A stretch of DNA of 26,750 bases from a virus. Its lineage: Duplodnaviria; Heunggongvirae; Uroviricota; Caudoviricetes. The DNA lies in the IMG/VR virus record IMGVR_UViG_2531839662_000023; one strand, written 5' to 3'. Positions 8,349 to 18,520 of this stretch are shown in pieces. Both the position numbers and the translations under genes were made by a program. Below the pieces are notes generated by a model. The model was not told where the DNA came from. It searched no databases and saw only the letters and a program-made list of their open reading frames with translations. Numbering within the stretch: the stretch's first letter is position 1; each line of letters opens with the position of its first letter.

Positions 8349-9046
8349 AAAACATCGCCGCACAGATGGTTAACTTTGACCGTGAGCAGATGCGCCGGAT
8401 CGCCAACAATATGCCGGAACAGTACGACGAAAAGCCGCAGGTACAGCAGGTAGCGCAGATCATCAACGGTGTGTTCAGCCAGTTACTGGCAACTTTCCCG
8501 GCGAGCCTGGCTAACCGTGACCAGAATGAACTGAACGAAATCCGCCGCCAGTGGGTTCTGGCTTTCCGGGAAAACGGGATCACCACAATGGAACAGGTTA
8601 ACGCTGGAATGCGCGTAGCCCGTCGGCAGAATCGACCATTCCTGCCATCACCCGGGCAGTTTGTCGCCTGGTGCCGGGAAGAAGCATCTGTTAACGCCGG
8701 GCTGCCAAACGTCAGCGAGCTGGTTGATATGGTTTACGAGTATTGCCGGAAGCGTGGCCTGTATCCGGATGCAGAGTCTTATCCGTGGAAATCGAACGCG
8801 CATTACTGGTTGGTTACCAACTTGTACCAGAACATGCGGGCCAATGCGCTGGCTGACGCGGAATTACGGCGCAAGGCTGCCGATGAACTGACCTGTATGA
8901 CAGCGCGAATTAACCGTGGTGAGACGATACCTGAACCAGTAAAACAACTTCCTGTTATGGGCGGTAGACCTCTAAATCGTGCACAGGCTCTGGCGAAGAT
9001 CGCAGAAATTAAAGCTAAGTTCGGACTGAAAGGAGCAAGTGTATGA
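8345..9046 (+). CDS. Replication protein P (DnaB helicase loader)
   Basis: 233 aa, near-identical by recall to lambda P (MKNIAAQMVNFDREQMRRIANNMPEQYDEKPQVQQVAQ...AKFGLKGASV). Confidence 0.9.
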   Translation: MKNIAAQMVNFDREQMRRIANNMPEQYDEKPQVQQVAQIINGVFSQLLATFPASLANRDQNELNEIRRQWVLAFRENGITTMEQVNAGMRVARRQNRPFLPSPGQFVAWCREEASVNAGLPNVSELVDMVYEYCRKRGLYPDAESYPWKSNAHYWLVTNLYQNMRANALADAELRRKAADELTCMTARINRGETIPEPVKQLPVMGGRPLNRAQALAKIAEIKAKFGLKGASV

Positions 9047-9345
9047 CGGGCAAAGAGGCAATTATTCATTACCTGGGGACGCATAAGAGCTTCTGTGCAC
9101 AGGACGTTGCCGCGGTAACAGGCGCAACCGTAACCAGCATAAATCAGGCTGCGGCTAAAATGGCGCGGGCAGGAATCCTGGTCGTTGATGGTAAGGTCTG
9201 GCGAACGGTGTATTACCGGTTCGCTACCAGAGAAGAATGGGAAGGAAAGGTGAGCACGAATCTGATTTTTAAGGAGTGTCGCCAGAGTGCCGCGATGAAA
9301 CGGGTATTGAGGGTATATAAAAGAACATCAATGGGAACACAATGA
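9043..9345 (+). CDS. ren: Ren protein (Rex exclusion resistance)
   Basis: 100 aa beginning MTGKEAIIHYLGTH...VTSINQAAAKMARAGILVVDGKVWRTVYYRFATREE, matching lambda Ren by recall. Overlaps the P stop. Intact here. Confidence 0.85.
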   Translation: MTGKEAIIHYLGTHKSFCAQDVAAVTGATVTSINQAAAKMARAGILVVDGKVWRTVYYRFATREEWEGKVSTNLIFKECRQSAAMKRVLRVYKRTSMGTQ

Positions 9346-9412
9346 TGAAACAGGTGAGTTGAGTTCAAACTGTAGTACAATTCTCTCCAGTTTGAACAGG
9401 AAAGAATATGCT

Positions 9413-9745
9413 ATGAACCCTTATATTTATCTTGGTGGTGCAATACTTGCAGAGGTCATTGGTACAACCTTAATGAAGTTTTCAGAAGGTTTTACACGGT
9501 TATGGCCATCTGTTGGTACAATTATTTGTTATTGTGCATCATTCTGGTTATTAGCTCAGACGCTGGCTTATATTCCTACAGGGATTGCTTATGCTATCTG
9601 GTCAGGAGTCGGTATTGTCCTGATTAGCTTACTGTCATGGGGATTTTTCGGCCAACGGCTGGACCTGCCAGCCATTATAGGCATGATGTTGATTTGTGCC
9701 GGTGTGTTGATTATTAATTTATTGTCACGAAGCACACCACATTAA
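9413..9745 (+). CDS. emrE: Small multidrug resistance efflux transporter EmrE
   Basis: 110 aa from the internal ATG at 9413 (MNPYIYLGGAILAEVIGTTLMKFSEGF...), with four TM segments and the conserved Glu in TM1. The track ORF carries an 18-aa upstream extension. Confidence 0.9.
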   Translation: MNPYIYLGGAILAEVIGTTLMKFSEGFTRLWPSVGTIICYCASFWLLAQTLAYIPTGIAYAIWSGVGIVLISLLSWGFFGQRLDLPAIIGMMLICAGVLIINLLSRSTPH

Positions 9746-9775
9746 AATAATTTGTTTCTAAACGACTAAAATATG

Positions 9776-9818
9776 GAGGCTCTTATATTTATATGAGCCT
9801 CGTTTTATGCTTTTTGTT
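9776..9818 (+). terminator. Rho-independent terminator after emrE
   Basis: Stem GAGGCTC(9776-9782)/GAGCCTC(9795-9801) followed by GTTTTATGCTTTTTGTT. Confidence 0.55.
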
Positions 9819-9999
9819 AATGTCTTTATTTTTTATGTATTCTTTTGTGCTTTCAAGATTATGGCGTAAGAAAATTGCAATACGATTATTGTTGTATATT
9901 CAAGATAATGTGACCTTAATTGTCTTTTTAAATAAAAAATAAACAAAAATTATATCCCACCACTAAGGTTTATAAAAGCATACGTTAGCAGGTGTCACC

Positions 10000-10569
10000 A
10001 TGAAAAAAGCCATAGCATATATGCGATTTTCATCACCAGGTCAGATGTCTGGCGACTCATTAAACCGACAGAGAAGACTTATTGCTGAATGGTTAAAGGT
10101 AAATAGTGATTATTATCTTGATACCATAACATATGAAGATTTAGGATTAAGTGCATTCAAAGGAAAGCATGCACAATCAGGAGCTTTTTCGGAATTTTTA
10201 GATGCTATAGAGCATGGTTATATATTGCCAGGAACTACATTGTTAGTTGAAAGTCTGGACAGACTTTCAAGAGAAAAAGTCGGTGAAGCGATTGAACGTC
10301 TGAAATTGATTTTGAATCACGGTATTGATGTTATAACTCTTTGCGACAATACAGTCTATAATATTGGCTCTTTGAATGAGCCATATTCATTAATAAAAGC
10401 CATACTTATAGCACAAAGGGCAAATGAAGAAAGCGAGATAAAGTCAAGTCGGGTTAAATTATCATGGAAGAAAAAACGGCAGGATGCACTGGAATCAGGT
10501 ACGATTATGACGGCGTCTTGTCCGAGATGGCTCTCCTTAGATGACAAAAGAACGGCTTTTGTTCCAGAC
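10000..10569 (+). pseudogene. ybcK: Large serine recombinase, N-terminal part, interrupted by IS2
   Basis: Resolvase-type catalytic domain (IAYMRFSSPGQ...LLVESLDRLSRE). Homology stops at the IS2 end (10570). Reading continues in frame after the IS at 11901. Confidence 0.7.
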
Positions 10570-10580
10570 TGGATTTGCCC

Positions 10581-11486
10581 CTATATTTCCAGACATCTGT
10601 TATCACTTAACCCATTACAGGCCCGCTGCCGCAGATATTCCCGTGGCGAGCGATAACCCAGCGCACTATGCGGATGCCATTCGTTATAATGCTCGAACGC
10701 CTCTGCAAGGTTCTTTGCTGCCGTTAACCCGTCTGGTTTGGGCATGATACTGATGTAGTCACGCTTTATCGTTTTCACGAAGCTCTCTGCTATTCCGTTA
10801 CTCTCCGGACTCCGCACCGCCGTGTTCTTCGGTTCAAGTCCCAACATCCGGGCGAACTGGCGTGTTTCATTAGCCCGGTAGCATGAACCATTATCCGTCA
10901 GCCACTCCACTGGAGACGACGGAAGATCGTTGCCGAAGCGGCGTTCCACCGCTCCCAGCATGACGTCCTGTACTGTTTCACTGTTGAAGCCGCCGGTAGT
11001 CACCGCCCAGTGCAGTGCCTCACGATCACAGCAGTCCAGCGCGAACGTGACACGCAGTCTCTCTCCGTTATCACAGCAGAACTCGAACCCGTCAGAGCAC
11101 CATCGCTGATTGCTTTCTTTCACGGCCACTCTGCCTGTATGTGCCCGTTTCGATGGCGGTACAGCAGGTTTTCGCTCAAGCAACAGCGCATTCTGGCGCA
11201 TGATCCGGTAAACACGTTTGGCATTGATCGCAGGCATACCATCAAGTTCTGCCTGTCTGCGAAGCAGCGCCCATACCCGACGATAACCATACGTGGGCAG
11301 CTCTCCGATAACATGGTGTATACGGAGAAGCACATCCGTATCATCAGTGTGACGACTGCGGCGGCCATCCATCCAGTCATCGGTTCGTCTGAGAATGACG
11401 TGCAACTGCGCACGCGACACCCGGAGACAACGGCTGACTAAGCTTACTCCCCATCCCCGGGCAATAAGGGCGCGTGCGCTATCCAC
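10581..11486 (-). CDS. insD: IS2 transposase InsD (OrfB)
   Basis: 301 aa ([30 protein letters not shown]...), recalled as IS2 InsD. Confidence 0.9.
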
Positions 11487-11809
11487 TTTTTTGCCCGTCC
11501 ATATTCAACGGCTTCTTTGAGGAGTTCATTTTCCATCGTTTTCTTGCCGAGCAGGCGCTGGAGTTCTTTAATCTGCTTCATGGCGGCAGCAAGTTCAGAG
11601 GCAGGAACAACCTGTTCTCCGGCGGCGACAGCAGTAAGACTTCCTTCCTGGTATTGCTTACGCCAGAGAAATAACTGGCTGGCTGCTACACCATGTTGCC
11701 GGGCAACGAGGGAGACCGTCATCCCCGGTTCAAAGCTCTGCTGAACAATTGCGATCTTTTCCTGTGTGGTACGCCGTCTGCGTTTCTCCGGCCCTAAGAC
11801 ATCAATCAT
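11444..11809 (-). CDS. insC: IS2 transposase InsC (OrfA)
   Basis: 121 aa from the internal ATG ([40 protein letters not shown]...), recalled as IS2 InsC. The track ORF has a 15-aa extension. Confidence 0.9.
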
Positions 11810-11900
11810 CTGTTCTCCAATGACTAGTCTAAAAACTAGTATTAAGACTATCACTTATTTAAGTGATACTGGTTGTCTGGAGATTCAGGGGGCCAGTCTA

Positions 11901-12862
11901 CAGACCCCGACAGGGTGAAAACTATTGAGCTAATTTTTAAACTCAGGATGGAAAGGCGCTCATTGAATGCAATAGCCAAGTATTTAAATGATCATGCTGT
12001 AAAGAATTTCTCAGGAAAAGAAAGTGCATGGGGACCTTCTGTAATTGAAAAATTATTAGCGAATAAAGCTCTGATAGGTATTTGCGTACCTTCATATCGT
12101 GCAAGAGGGAAAGGGATAAGTGAAATCGCTGGCTATTATCCCAGAGTCATATCAGATGATTTGTTTTACGCTGTACAGGAAATTCGGTTGGCACCTTTTG
12201 GTATTAGCAATAGTAGCAAGAATCCTATGCTAATAAATCTACTTCGAACAGTTATGAAGTGTGAGGCTTGTGGTAATACCATGATTGTTCATGCGGTATC
12301 TGGAAGTTTGCATGGCTATTATGTTTGTCCGATGAGAAGATTACATCGATGTGACAGGCCATCAATAAAAAGAGATTTGGTTGATTATAATATCATTAAT
12401 GAATTGCTTTTTAATTGTAGCAAAATTCAACCAGTTGAAAACAAGAAAGATGCTAATGAAACTTTAGAGTTAAAAATTATTGAGCTTCAGATGAAAATTA
12501 ATAATTTAATCGTTGCATTGTCTGTCGCGCCTGAAGTTACCGCTATAGCAGAGAAAATAAGACTATTAGATAAGGAATTACGAAGGGCTTCGGTATCATT
12601 GAAAACTTTGAAGAGTAAAGGTGTAAATTCATTCAGTGATTTTTATGCTATTGACTTAACCAGTAAAAATGGACGAGAGTTATGCCGTACACTTGCCTAT
12701 AAAACATTCGAAAAAATCATAATTAATACGGATAATAAAACCTGTGATATCTATTTTATGAATGGCATTGTTTTTAAACACTATCCTTTAATGAAAGTAA
12801 TATCCGCCCAGCAGGCGATAAGTGCTCTCAAATATATGGTTGATGGTGAGATTTATTTCTAA
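11901..12862 (+). pseudogene. ybcK: Large serine recombinase, C-terminal part
   Basis: Recombinase and zinc-ribbon region (CEACGNTMIVHAVSG...YYVCPMRR) plus coiled coil. Removing the IS and one CAGAC copy restores ...[17 protein letters not shown]... in frame. Confidence 0.7.
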
Positions 12863-13326
12863 ATAATGATCTCGGATTTTAAGTTATGCTATGGTGATAA
12901 AGTGCAAGACAGAATTAATTATCTTTGACGAAACTTAATGGGTAATTACTTTGTTTGCTCCCACAAGCGAGTTTTGTACGGCTGTATTGGGGTAGTAAAT
13001 GAGCTATACAATCTTAATCATTTGTTAGGTGAGAACTCTTGGTCGCAGATTCAAATACTGAAAATACGTGACAAATTATTATGAGCAAAATGGTGTATGT
13101 CACGTATTTTGAATGGTAGGTTAAAAAATAACACCGACTTTCGTAGGTGTTACTAATAATAAAGCAGAGTTTTTAGATAGTATCAATGTGCTTTGTGTAT
13201 ATTGTGGCAAATAATTGGGTTGGGGGTACAATTGTGATTGCTTTTGCATGAACATTGCGCCTTTATGCATAATGAGATAAAGGAATATCAAATAAAATAA
13301 CGATAGGTCATAACAAAGAGGTTTTT

Positions 13327-13878
13327 ATGAAAACACTTATCGTTTCAACTGTATTGGCATTCATAACATTTTCTGCGCAGGCTGCAGCATTTCAGGTCAC
13401 TAGTAATGAAATAAAAACAGGAGAGCAACTTACAACGTCTCATGTCTTTTCTGGATTTGGGTGTGAAGGTGGTAATACATCGCCCTCATTAACCTGGTCT
13501 GGTGTTCCTGAAGGTACCAAAAGCTTTGCCGTAACTGTATATGATCCAGATGCACCTACAGGCAGTGGTTGGTGGCATTGGACTGTTGTTAATATTCCAG
13601 CAACAGTAACATATTTGCCCGTTGATGCAGGGAGACGTGATGGAACAAAACTGCCGACTGGTGCTGTTCAAGGCCGAAATGATTTTGGCTATGCTGGGTT
13701 TGGTGGCGCATGTCCTCCTAAAGGAGATAAACCACATCATTACCAGTTTAAAGTATGGGCTCTAAAAACTGAAAAGATTCCTGTAGATTCTAACTCCAGC
13801 GGAGCGTTAGTTGGTTATATGCTTAATGCTAATAAAATCGCAACCGCTGAGATAACACCAGTTTATGAGATAAAGTAG
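13327..13878 (+). CDS. ybcL: Periplasmic PEBP/RKIP-family protein YbcL
   Basis: 183 aa with signal peptide MKTLIVSTVLAFITFSAQA and PEBP motifs (YDPDAPTGSGWWHW...PPKGDKPHHYQFKVWAL). Confidence 0.85.
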   Translation: MKTLIVSTVLAFITFSAQAAAFQVTSNEIKTGEQLTTSHVFSGFGCEGGNTSPSLTWSGVPEGTKSFAVTVYDPDAPTGSGWWHWTVVNIPATVTYLPVDAGRRDGTKLPTGAVQGRNDFGYAGFGGACPPKGDKPHHYQFKVWALKTEKIPVDSNSSGALVGYMLNANKIATAEITPVYEIK

Positions 13879-13887
13879 GGTGAGAGT

Positions 13888-14685
13888 ATGCTGGCAAGAG
13901 GTAAGACTAACTTAAAGATCGAAGAAATACGGATGCATAAACATCATGAGATTCATAGGGTTAAGCCTCTTATGCCAGCTTTGTGTCGTATCCGTCAGGG
14001 AAAGAAAGTTATCAATTGGGAGACGCATACTTTAACTGTTGATAATAATCAAATAATATTATTTCCTTGTGGTTATGAATTTTATATTGAGAATTATCCT
14101 GAAGCAGGGCTTTATCTTGCAGAAATGCTTTACTTACCCATTGATTTAATTGAGAGTTTCCAAAAACTTTATACGGTAACTGATCAAATACGTAACAAAA
14201 CAAGTTTCTTTTTACCTCAGAATCCTGAGTTAATATATTGTTGGGAGCAACTAAAAACATCTGTTTCCCGAGGCTTCTCAACTAAAATTCAGGAGCACTT
14301 AGCAATGGGCGTTCTACTTTCGTTAGGAGTGAATCATGTTAATCATTTACTTTTATCATATAGTAAACAATCATTGATAAGTCGTTGTTATAACCTGCTG
14401 CTATCCGAACCCGGCACAAAATGGACAGCAAACAAGGTTGCTCGATATCTCTACATTTCTGTTTCTACATTACATCGCCGTCTAGCAAGCGAGGGGGTAA
14501 GTTTCCAAAGTATACTGGACGATGTGAGGTTAAATAATGCGTTGTCTGCTATACAAACGACGGTAAAACCTATAAGCGAGATTGCCAGAGAAAATGGTTA
14601 TAAGTGTCCTTCTCGTTTTACTGAAAGATTTCATAATCGTTTTAATATAACACCAAGAGAGATAAGAAAAGCTTCCAGAGAGTAA
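13888..14685 (+). CDS. ybcM: AraC-family transcriptional regulator
   Basis: 265 aa with a C-terminal AraC-type HTH ([21 protein letters not shown]...[26 protein letters not shown]). Confidence 0.8.
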
Positions 14686-14801
14686 AAGTGTTTTAAGAAG
14701 GAGCAATTCTATCGATTTTGATTTTGGGAAATCAACACGGCATAATTATGTCACCGGAGCCTGAACAACTCCGGTGACTTCTGCGCTAAACGGGGACGTT
14801 T

Positions 14802-14903
14802 ATGCGCACATACAATCCAAACTCTCTTCTCCCTTCACAGATGCAGAAATGCACCTGCAATTCTTTGCATCTAGCGTTTGACCTCTGCGGAGGGGAAGCG
14901 TGA
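14802..14903 (+). CDS. ylcH: Small protein (33 aa), YlcH-like
   Basis: Own translation: ATG at 14802 gives [33 protein letters not shown], with its stop overlapping the ybcN GTG start (GTGA). Name assigned by position and size. Confidence 0.4.
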
Positions 14904-15355
14904 ACCTCTCACAAGACGGCATCAAATTACATCGCGGCAACTTCACCGCTATCGGTCGGCAGATCCAGCCTTATCTGGAGGAGGGCAAATGCTTTCGCAT
15001 GGTGCTTAAACCGTGGCGTGAGAAACGCAGTCTTTCCCAGAATGCACTCAGCCACATGTGGTACAGCGAAATCAGTGAATACCTCATCAGCAGGGGTAAA
15101 ACGTTCGCCACTCCAGCTTGGGTAAAAGATGCTCTCAAACACACATATCTCGGTTATGAAACCAAAGACCTGGTTGATGTCGTAACCGGTGATATCACCA
15201 CTATCCAGTCGTTACGCCATACCTCCGATCTTGATACCGGAGAGATGTATGTCTTCCTGTGTAAGGTTGAAGCCTGGGCGATGAATATTGGTTGCCACCT
15301 GACTATTCCACAGAGCTGCGAGTTCCAGCTGCTGCGCGACAAGCAGGAGGCGTAA
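14900..15355 (+). CDS. ybcN: NinB-like protein (DLP12 YbcN)
   Basis: 151 aa, GTG start preceded by GGAGGGG. First gene of a tightly coupled nin-region operon. Confidence 0.8.
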
Positions 15356-15525
15356 TGGCTACACCGCTTATTCGTGTCATGAACGGACACATCTACAGAG
15401 TACCAAATCGTCGTAAGCGTAAACCTGAGCTGAAGCCATCCGAAATACCAACACTGCTCGGATATACCGCCAGCTTGGTTGATAAAAAATGGTTGCGACT
15501 GGCAGCAAGGAGGAGTCATGGCTGA
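15355..15525 (+). CDS. ninE: NinE-like protein
   Basis: 56 aa from [32 protein letters not shown]. Start overlaps the ybcN stop (TAATG). Confidence 0.75.
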   Translation: MATPLIRVMNGHIYRVPNRRKRKPELKPSEIPTLLGYTASLVDKKWLRLAARRSHG

Positions 15526-15808
15526 TTTGAGAAAAGCAGCGCGTGGTCGGGAATGCCAGGTAAGAATCCCTGGCGTATGTAATGGCAACCCTGAAACGTC
15601 TGTACTGGCACATATCCGGCTGACTGGATTGTGCGGCACCGGTACGAAACCGCCAGACCTGATTGCCACCATTGCATGTTCTGCCTGCCACGACGAAATC
15701 GACCGCCGCACGCATTTTGTTGACGCTGGATATGCAAAAGAATGCGCGCTGGAAGGTATGGCGAGAACACAGGTTATCTGGCTGAAAGAGGGGGTTATTA
15801 AGGCGTGA
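15518..15808 (+). CDS. ybcO: YbcO, Cys-rich putative nuclease (NinF-like)
   Basis: 96 aa from [28 protein letters not shown] with multiple Cys/His. Overlaps ninE by 8 nt. Confidence 0.75.
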   Translation: MADLRKAARGRECQVRIPGVCNGNPETSVLAHIRLTGLCGTGTKPPDLIATIACSACHDEIDRRTHFVDAGYAKECALEGMARTQVIWLKEGVIKA

Positions 15809-16167
15809 ATACCTACAGCATCACATTACCCTGGCCTCCGAGCAATAATCGCTATTACCGCCATAATCGCGGGCGCACGCACGTCAGCGCAGAGGGGCAG
15901 GCATACCGCGATAACGTCGCCCGAATCATTAAAAACGCAATGCTGGATATCGGCCTGGCTATGCCTGTGAAAATCCGCATTGAGTGCCACATGCCGGATC
16001 GCCGTCGCCGTGACCTGGATAATCTGCAAAAAGCCGCTTTTGACGCACTCACTAAAGCAGGTTTCTGGCTGGATGATGCTCAGGTCGTTGATTACCGCGT
16101 TGTGAAGATGCCTGTTACCAAAGGTGGGAGGCTGGAACTGACCATCACCGAAATGGGGAATGAATGA
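15805..16167 (+). CDS. rusA: Holliday junction resolvase RusA
   Basis: 120 aa ([37 protein letters not shown]...), recalled as RusA. GTG start overlapping the ybcO stop. Confidence 0.9.
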   Translation: MNTYSITLPWPPSNNRYYRHNRGRTHVSAEGQAYRDNVARIIKNAMLDIGLAMPVKIRIECHMPDRRRRDLDNLQKAAFDALTKAGFWLDDAQVVDYRVVKMPVTKGGRLELTITEMGNE

Positions 16168-16304
16168 TGTTTGAGTTTAATATGGCAGAACTTCTTCGCC
16201 ACCGCTGGGGGCGTCTGCGCTTATATCGTTTCCCCGGTTCTGTTTTGACCGATTACCGAATACTGAAGAATTACGCCAAAACCCTGACAGGAGCAGGAGT
16301 ATGA
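16164..16304 (+). CDS. ylcG: Small protein (46 aa), YlcG-like
   Basis: Own translation: [46 protein letters not shown], overlapping the rusA stop. Identity assigned by position. Confidence 0.4.
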   Translation: MMFEFNMAELLRHRWGRLRLYRFPGSVLTDYRILKNYAKTLTGAGV

Positions 16305-16389
16305 AGTCAGAGATAACAATCAACTAATACTGTTTTGTTGATTTTTGCTTGTAATTGGCGTTCTGGTCTGATTTTTGTGGAGTAAGTTG

Positions 16390-16773
16390 ATGCGTGATAT
16401 TCAGATGGTTCTTGAGCGTTGGGGAGCGTGGGCGGCTAATAATCATGAAGATGTGACCTGGTCGTCCATTGCCGCCGGTTTTAAGGGATTAATTACTTCA
16501 AAAGTAAAATCTCGCCCGCAATGTTGTGACGATGACGCGATGATCATTTGCGGGTGCATGGCCCGTCTGAAAAAGAACAACAGCGATTTGCACGATTTAT
16601 TAGTAGATTATTATGTAGTCGGTATGACATTCATGTCACTGGCAGGTAAGCATTGCTGCTCTGATGGTTATATCGGGAAAAGGTTACAGAAGGCTGAGGG
16701 CATAATTGAAGGGATGTTAATGGCATTAGATATCCGGTTAGAGATGGATATCGTTGTTAATAACTCTAATTAA
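16390..16773 (+). CDS. quuD: Late-gene antiterminator Q (phage 82 type)
   Basis: 127 aa from [22 protein letters not shown] with Cys-rich zinc-binding segments. Last gene before the late region. Confidence 0.8.
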   Translation: MRDIQMVLERWGAWAANNHEDVTWSSIAAGFKGLITSKVKSRPQCCDDDAMIICGCMARLKKNNSDLHDLLVDYYVVGMTFMSLAGKHCCSDGYIGKRLQKAEGIIEGMLMALDIRLEMDIVVNNSN

Positions 16774-16789
16774 TATGCCAATTGTTTAC

Positions 16790-16825
16790 TAAAAATTATT
16801 AAAAATGGGGCGTTGAGACGCCCCC
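16790..16825 (-). terminator. Rho-independent terminator 3' of the porin gene
   Basis: Stem GGGGCG(16807-16812)/CGCCCC(16819-16824), followed on the minus strand by ATTTTTAATAATTTTT. Confidence 0.5.
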
Positions 16826-16962
16826 AAAAATAAAGGGTAATATATAACAGAAGGTTTATATAGTTAGAAGCAAGGTTGTGCTTCTAAAGGAAGTGGCTTG
16901 AGGGAGCCACTTATATGTTGGGGAGGCAACGCCTCCCGCAACATATCTTTTTCGTAATCAGA

Positions 16963-18060
16963 TTAGAACTGGTAAACCAGACCTACAGCAACGATGTCAT
17001 CAGTGCTTACACCGAGTGCTTTAGTGAAGTCATTTTTGTCAAGCAGGTTGATTTTGTAATCAACGAAAGTAGACATATTTTTGTTGAAGTAATAGGTTGC
17101 ACCTACATCAACATATTTGACTAAGTCCTGATCGCCCCATACTCCAAGATCCTTACCTTTAGATTGCAGGTAAGCAACGGACGGACGCAGACCGAAATCG
17201 AACTGATATTGTGCAACAGCTTCGAAGTTTTGGGCTTTATTAGCAACGAAGTGATCAGCAAATACAGTCATATTCTGGGTTTCAGAATAGGTAGTGGCCA
17301 GGTAAATGTTGTTAGCGTCATATTTCAGACCTGCGGCCCAAACTTCTGCATTTTTACCGGAAGCAAATACTTCAGGAAGAACTTTCCCTGCATTAACTTG
17401 AGTGTCGGTACGATCAGATTTCGCATAAGTTGCACCGATACCGAATCCTTCGTATTCATAGGTAGCAGAGAAACCGAAGCCATCACCGTTACCTTCAGTG
17501 TAGTTATCGAAATCGCTACGATCGTTTTTGCCTTGGTACTGAGCAGCAAAGTTCAGACCATCAACCAGACCAAAGAAGTCGTTGTTACGATAGGTTGCAA
17601 CACCAGTTGCACGTTGAGTCATGAACACGTCGGTTTGAGTCCAAGTGTCACCACCGAATTCTGGCAGGACGTCAGTCCACGCACCGATGTCGTATGCTAC
17701 ACCGTAGTTACGGCCGTAATCGATGGAGCCGTAGTCACCGAATTTCAGGCCAGCGAAGGCAAGACGGGTTTTATCTTTGGAGGAACCTTGAGATTCAGCG
17801 CGGTTGCCTTTGAATTCATATTCCCACTGACCGAAACCAGTCAGTTGATCGTTGATTTGGGTTTCACCTTTGAAGCCAAGATGGGCATAAGTAGTATCAC
17901 CATCATCTGCATCATTAGAGGAGAAGTAGTGCTTAGCATTAACTTTCCCGTACAGATCCAGCTTGTTACTGTCTTTATTATAAATTTCAGCTGCCTGAGC
18001 AGACATCGCCATCAGTACTGATGCAGCTACAGCAGAAATTGCCACTGTTAATTTTTTCAT
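16963..18060 (-). CDS. nmpC: General porin, OmpC/OmpF/PhoE family (NmpC-like), intact
   Basis: 365 aa from [30 protein letters not shown]..., with signal peptide and a C-terminal beta-strand ending in F (VGLVYQF). The track ORF adds 20 aa upstream. Confidence 0.85.
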   Translation of the reverse strand: MKKLTVAISAVAASVLMAMSAQAAEIYNKDSNKLDLYGKVNAKHYFSSNDADDGDTTYAHLGFKGETQINDQLTGFGQWEYEFKGNRAESQGSSKDKTRLAFAGLKFGDYGSIDYGRNYGVAYDIGAWTDVLPEFGGDTWTQTDVFMTQRATGVATYRNNDFFGLVDGLNFAAQYQGKNDRSDFDNYTEGNGDGFGFSATYEYEGFGIGATYAKSDRTDTQVNAGKVLPEVFASGKNAEVWAAGLKYDANNIYLATTYSETQNMTVFADHFVANKAQNFEAVAQYQFDFGLRPSVAYLQSKGKDLGVWGDQDLVKYVDVGATYYFNKNMSTFVDYKINLLDKNDFTKALGVSTDDIVAVGLVYQF

Positions 18061-18487
18061 CGTGAGCCCTTTTTTTGAACTATTATTAAAAAATGATGTC
18101 ACTGCGCGATAAATATTCATCTAATCAATGTGATTATTTCAAGATGTAAGTTTTGGTTTCTCGTTTGATTTGTGAAGTAGATCTCTATTTTTATCTGAAC
18201 TTTTTTCTATCGAATCCTATTCATGGCTCTTGGCTGAATAAAAATAAATCTATTAGCCAATTTATATTAACGGCTGTTATTTATAAGCGCTCTATAATTT
18301 GAAGGTTCAATTTAAACCGGCTAAAAATAACACTGGAAATTATTTTTTGGTTATTTGTTGAGATTTGCTTATGTATTTGTAGTGGTGTTTTCAATACTCG
18401 GTAGCATTCTCTCAAATATCATTTAGTGGTTTACGTACGTAAAAAATTGGTTATGCTGTTAAGAGTGGTTACTTCGTCACACAGCTT

Positions 18488-18520
18488 AAACCCGCCGTCG
18501 AGCGGGTTTTTCCATTTTTT
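18488..18520 (+). terminator. Rho-independent terminator upstream of the lysis cassette (tR'-like)
   Basis: Stem CCCGC(18491-18495)/GCGGG(18502-18506) followed by TTTTTCCATTTTTTG, about 115 bp before essD. Confidence 0.5.

Larger units (their letters stand above)
10570..11900 (-). mobile_element. IS2 insertion sequence, 1331 bp
   Basis: Ends recalled as IS2 termini (TGGATTTGCCCCTATATTTCCAGACA at 10570; GGGGGCCAGTCTA ending at 11900). Flanked by a perfect 5-bp direct repeat CAGAC (10565-10569 and 11901-11905). Contains insC/insD. Confidence 0.9.

Noticed and set aside
9359-9412. 18-aa N-terminal extension of emrE in the track ORF
   Set aside because: The canonical 110-aa protein starts at the internal ATG at 9413, and the extension overlaps the upstream hairpin.
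15154-15711. 185-aa and 112-aa minus-strand ORFs
   Set aside because: Antisense to the ybcN-ninE-ybcO operon, whose plus-strand genes show translational coupling.
17164-18021. 285-aa plus-strand ORF
   Set aside because: Lies entirely antisense to the porin gene, whose minus-strand product has a clear signal peptide and porin features. The translation is low-complexity.
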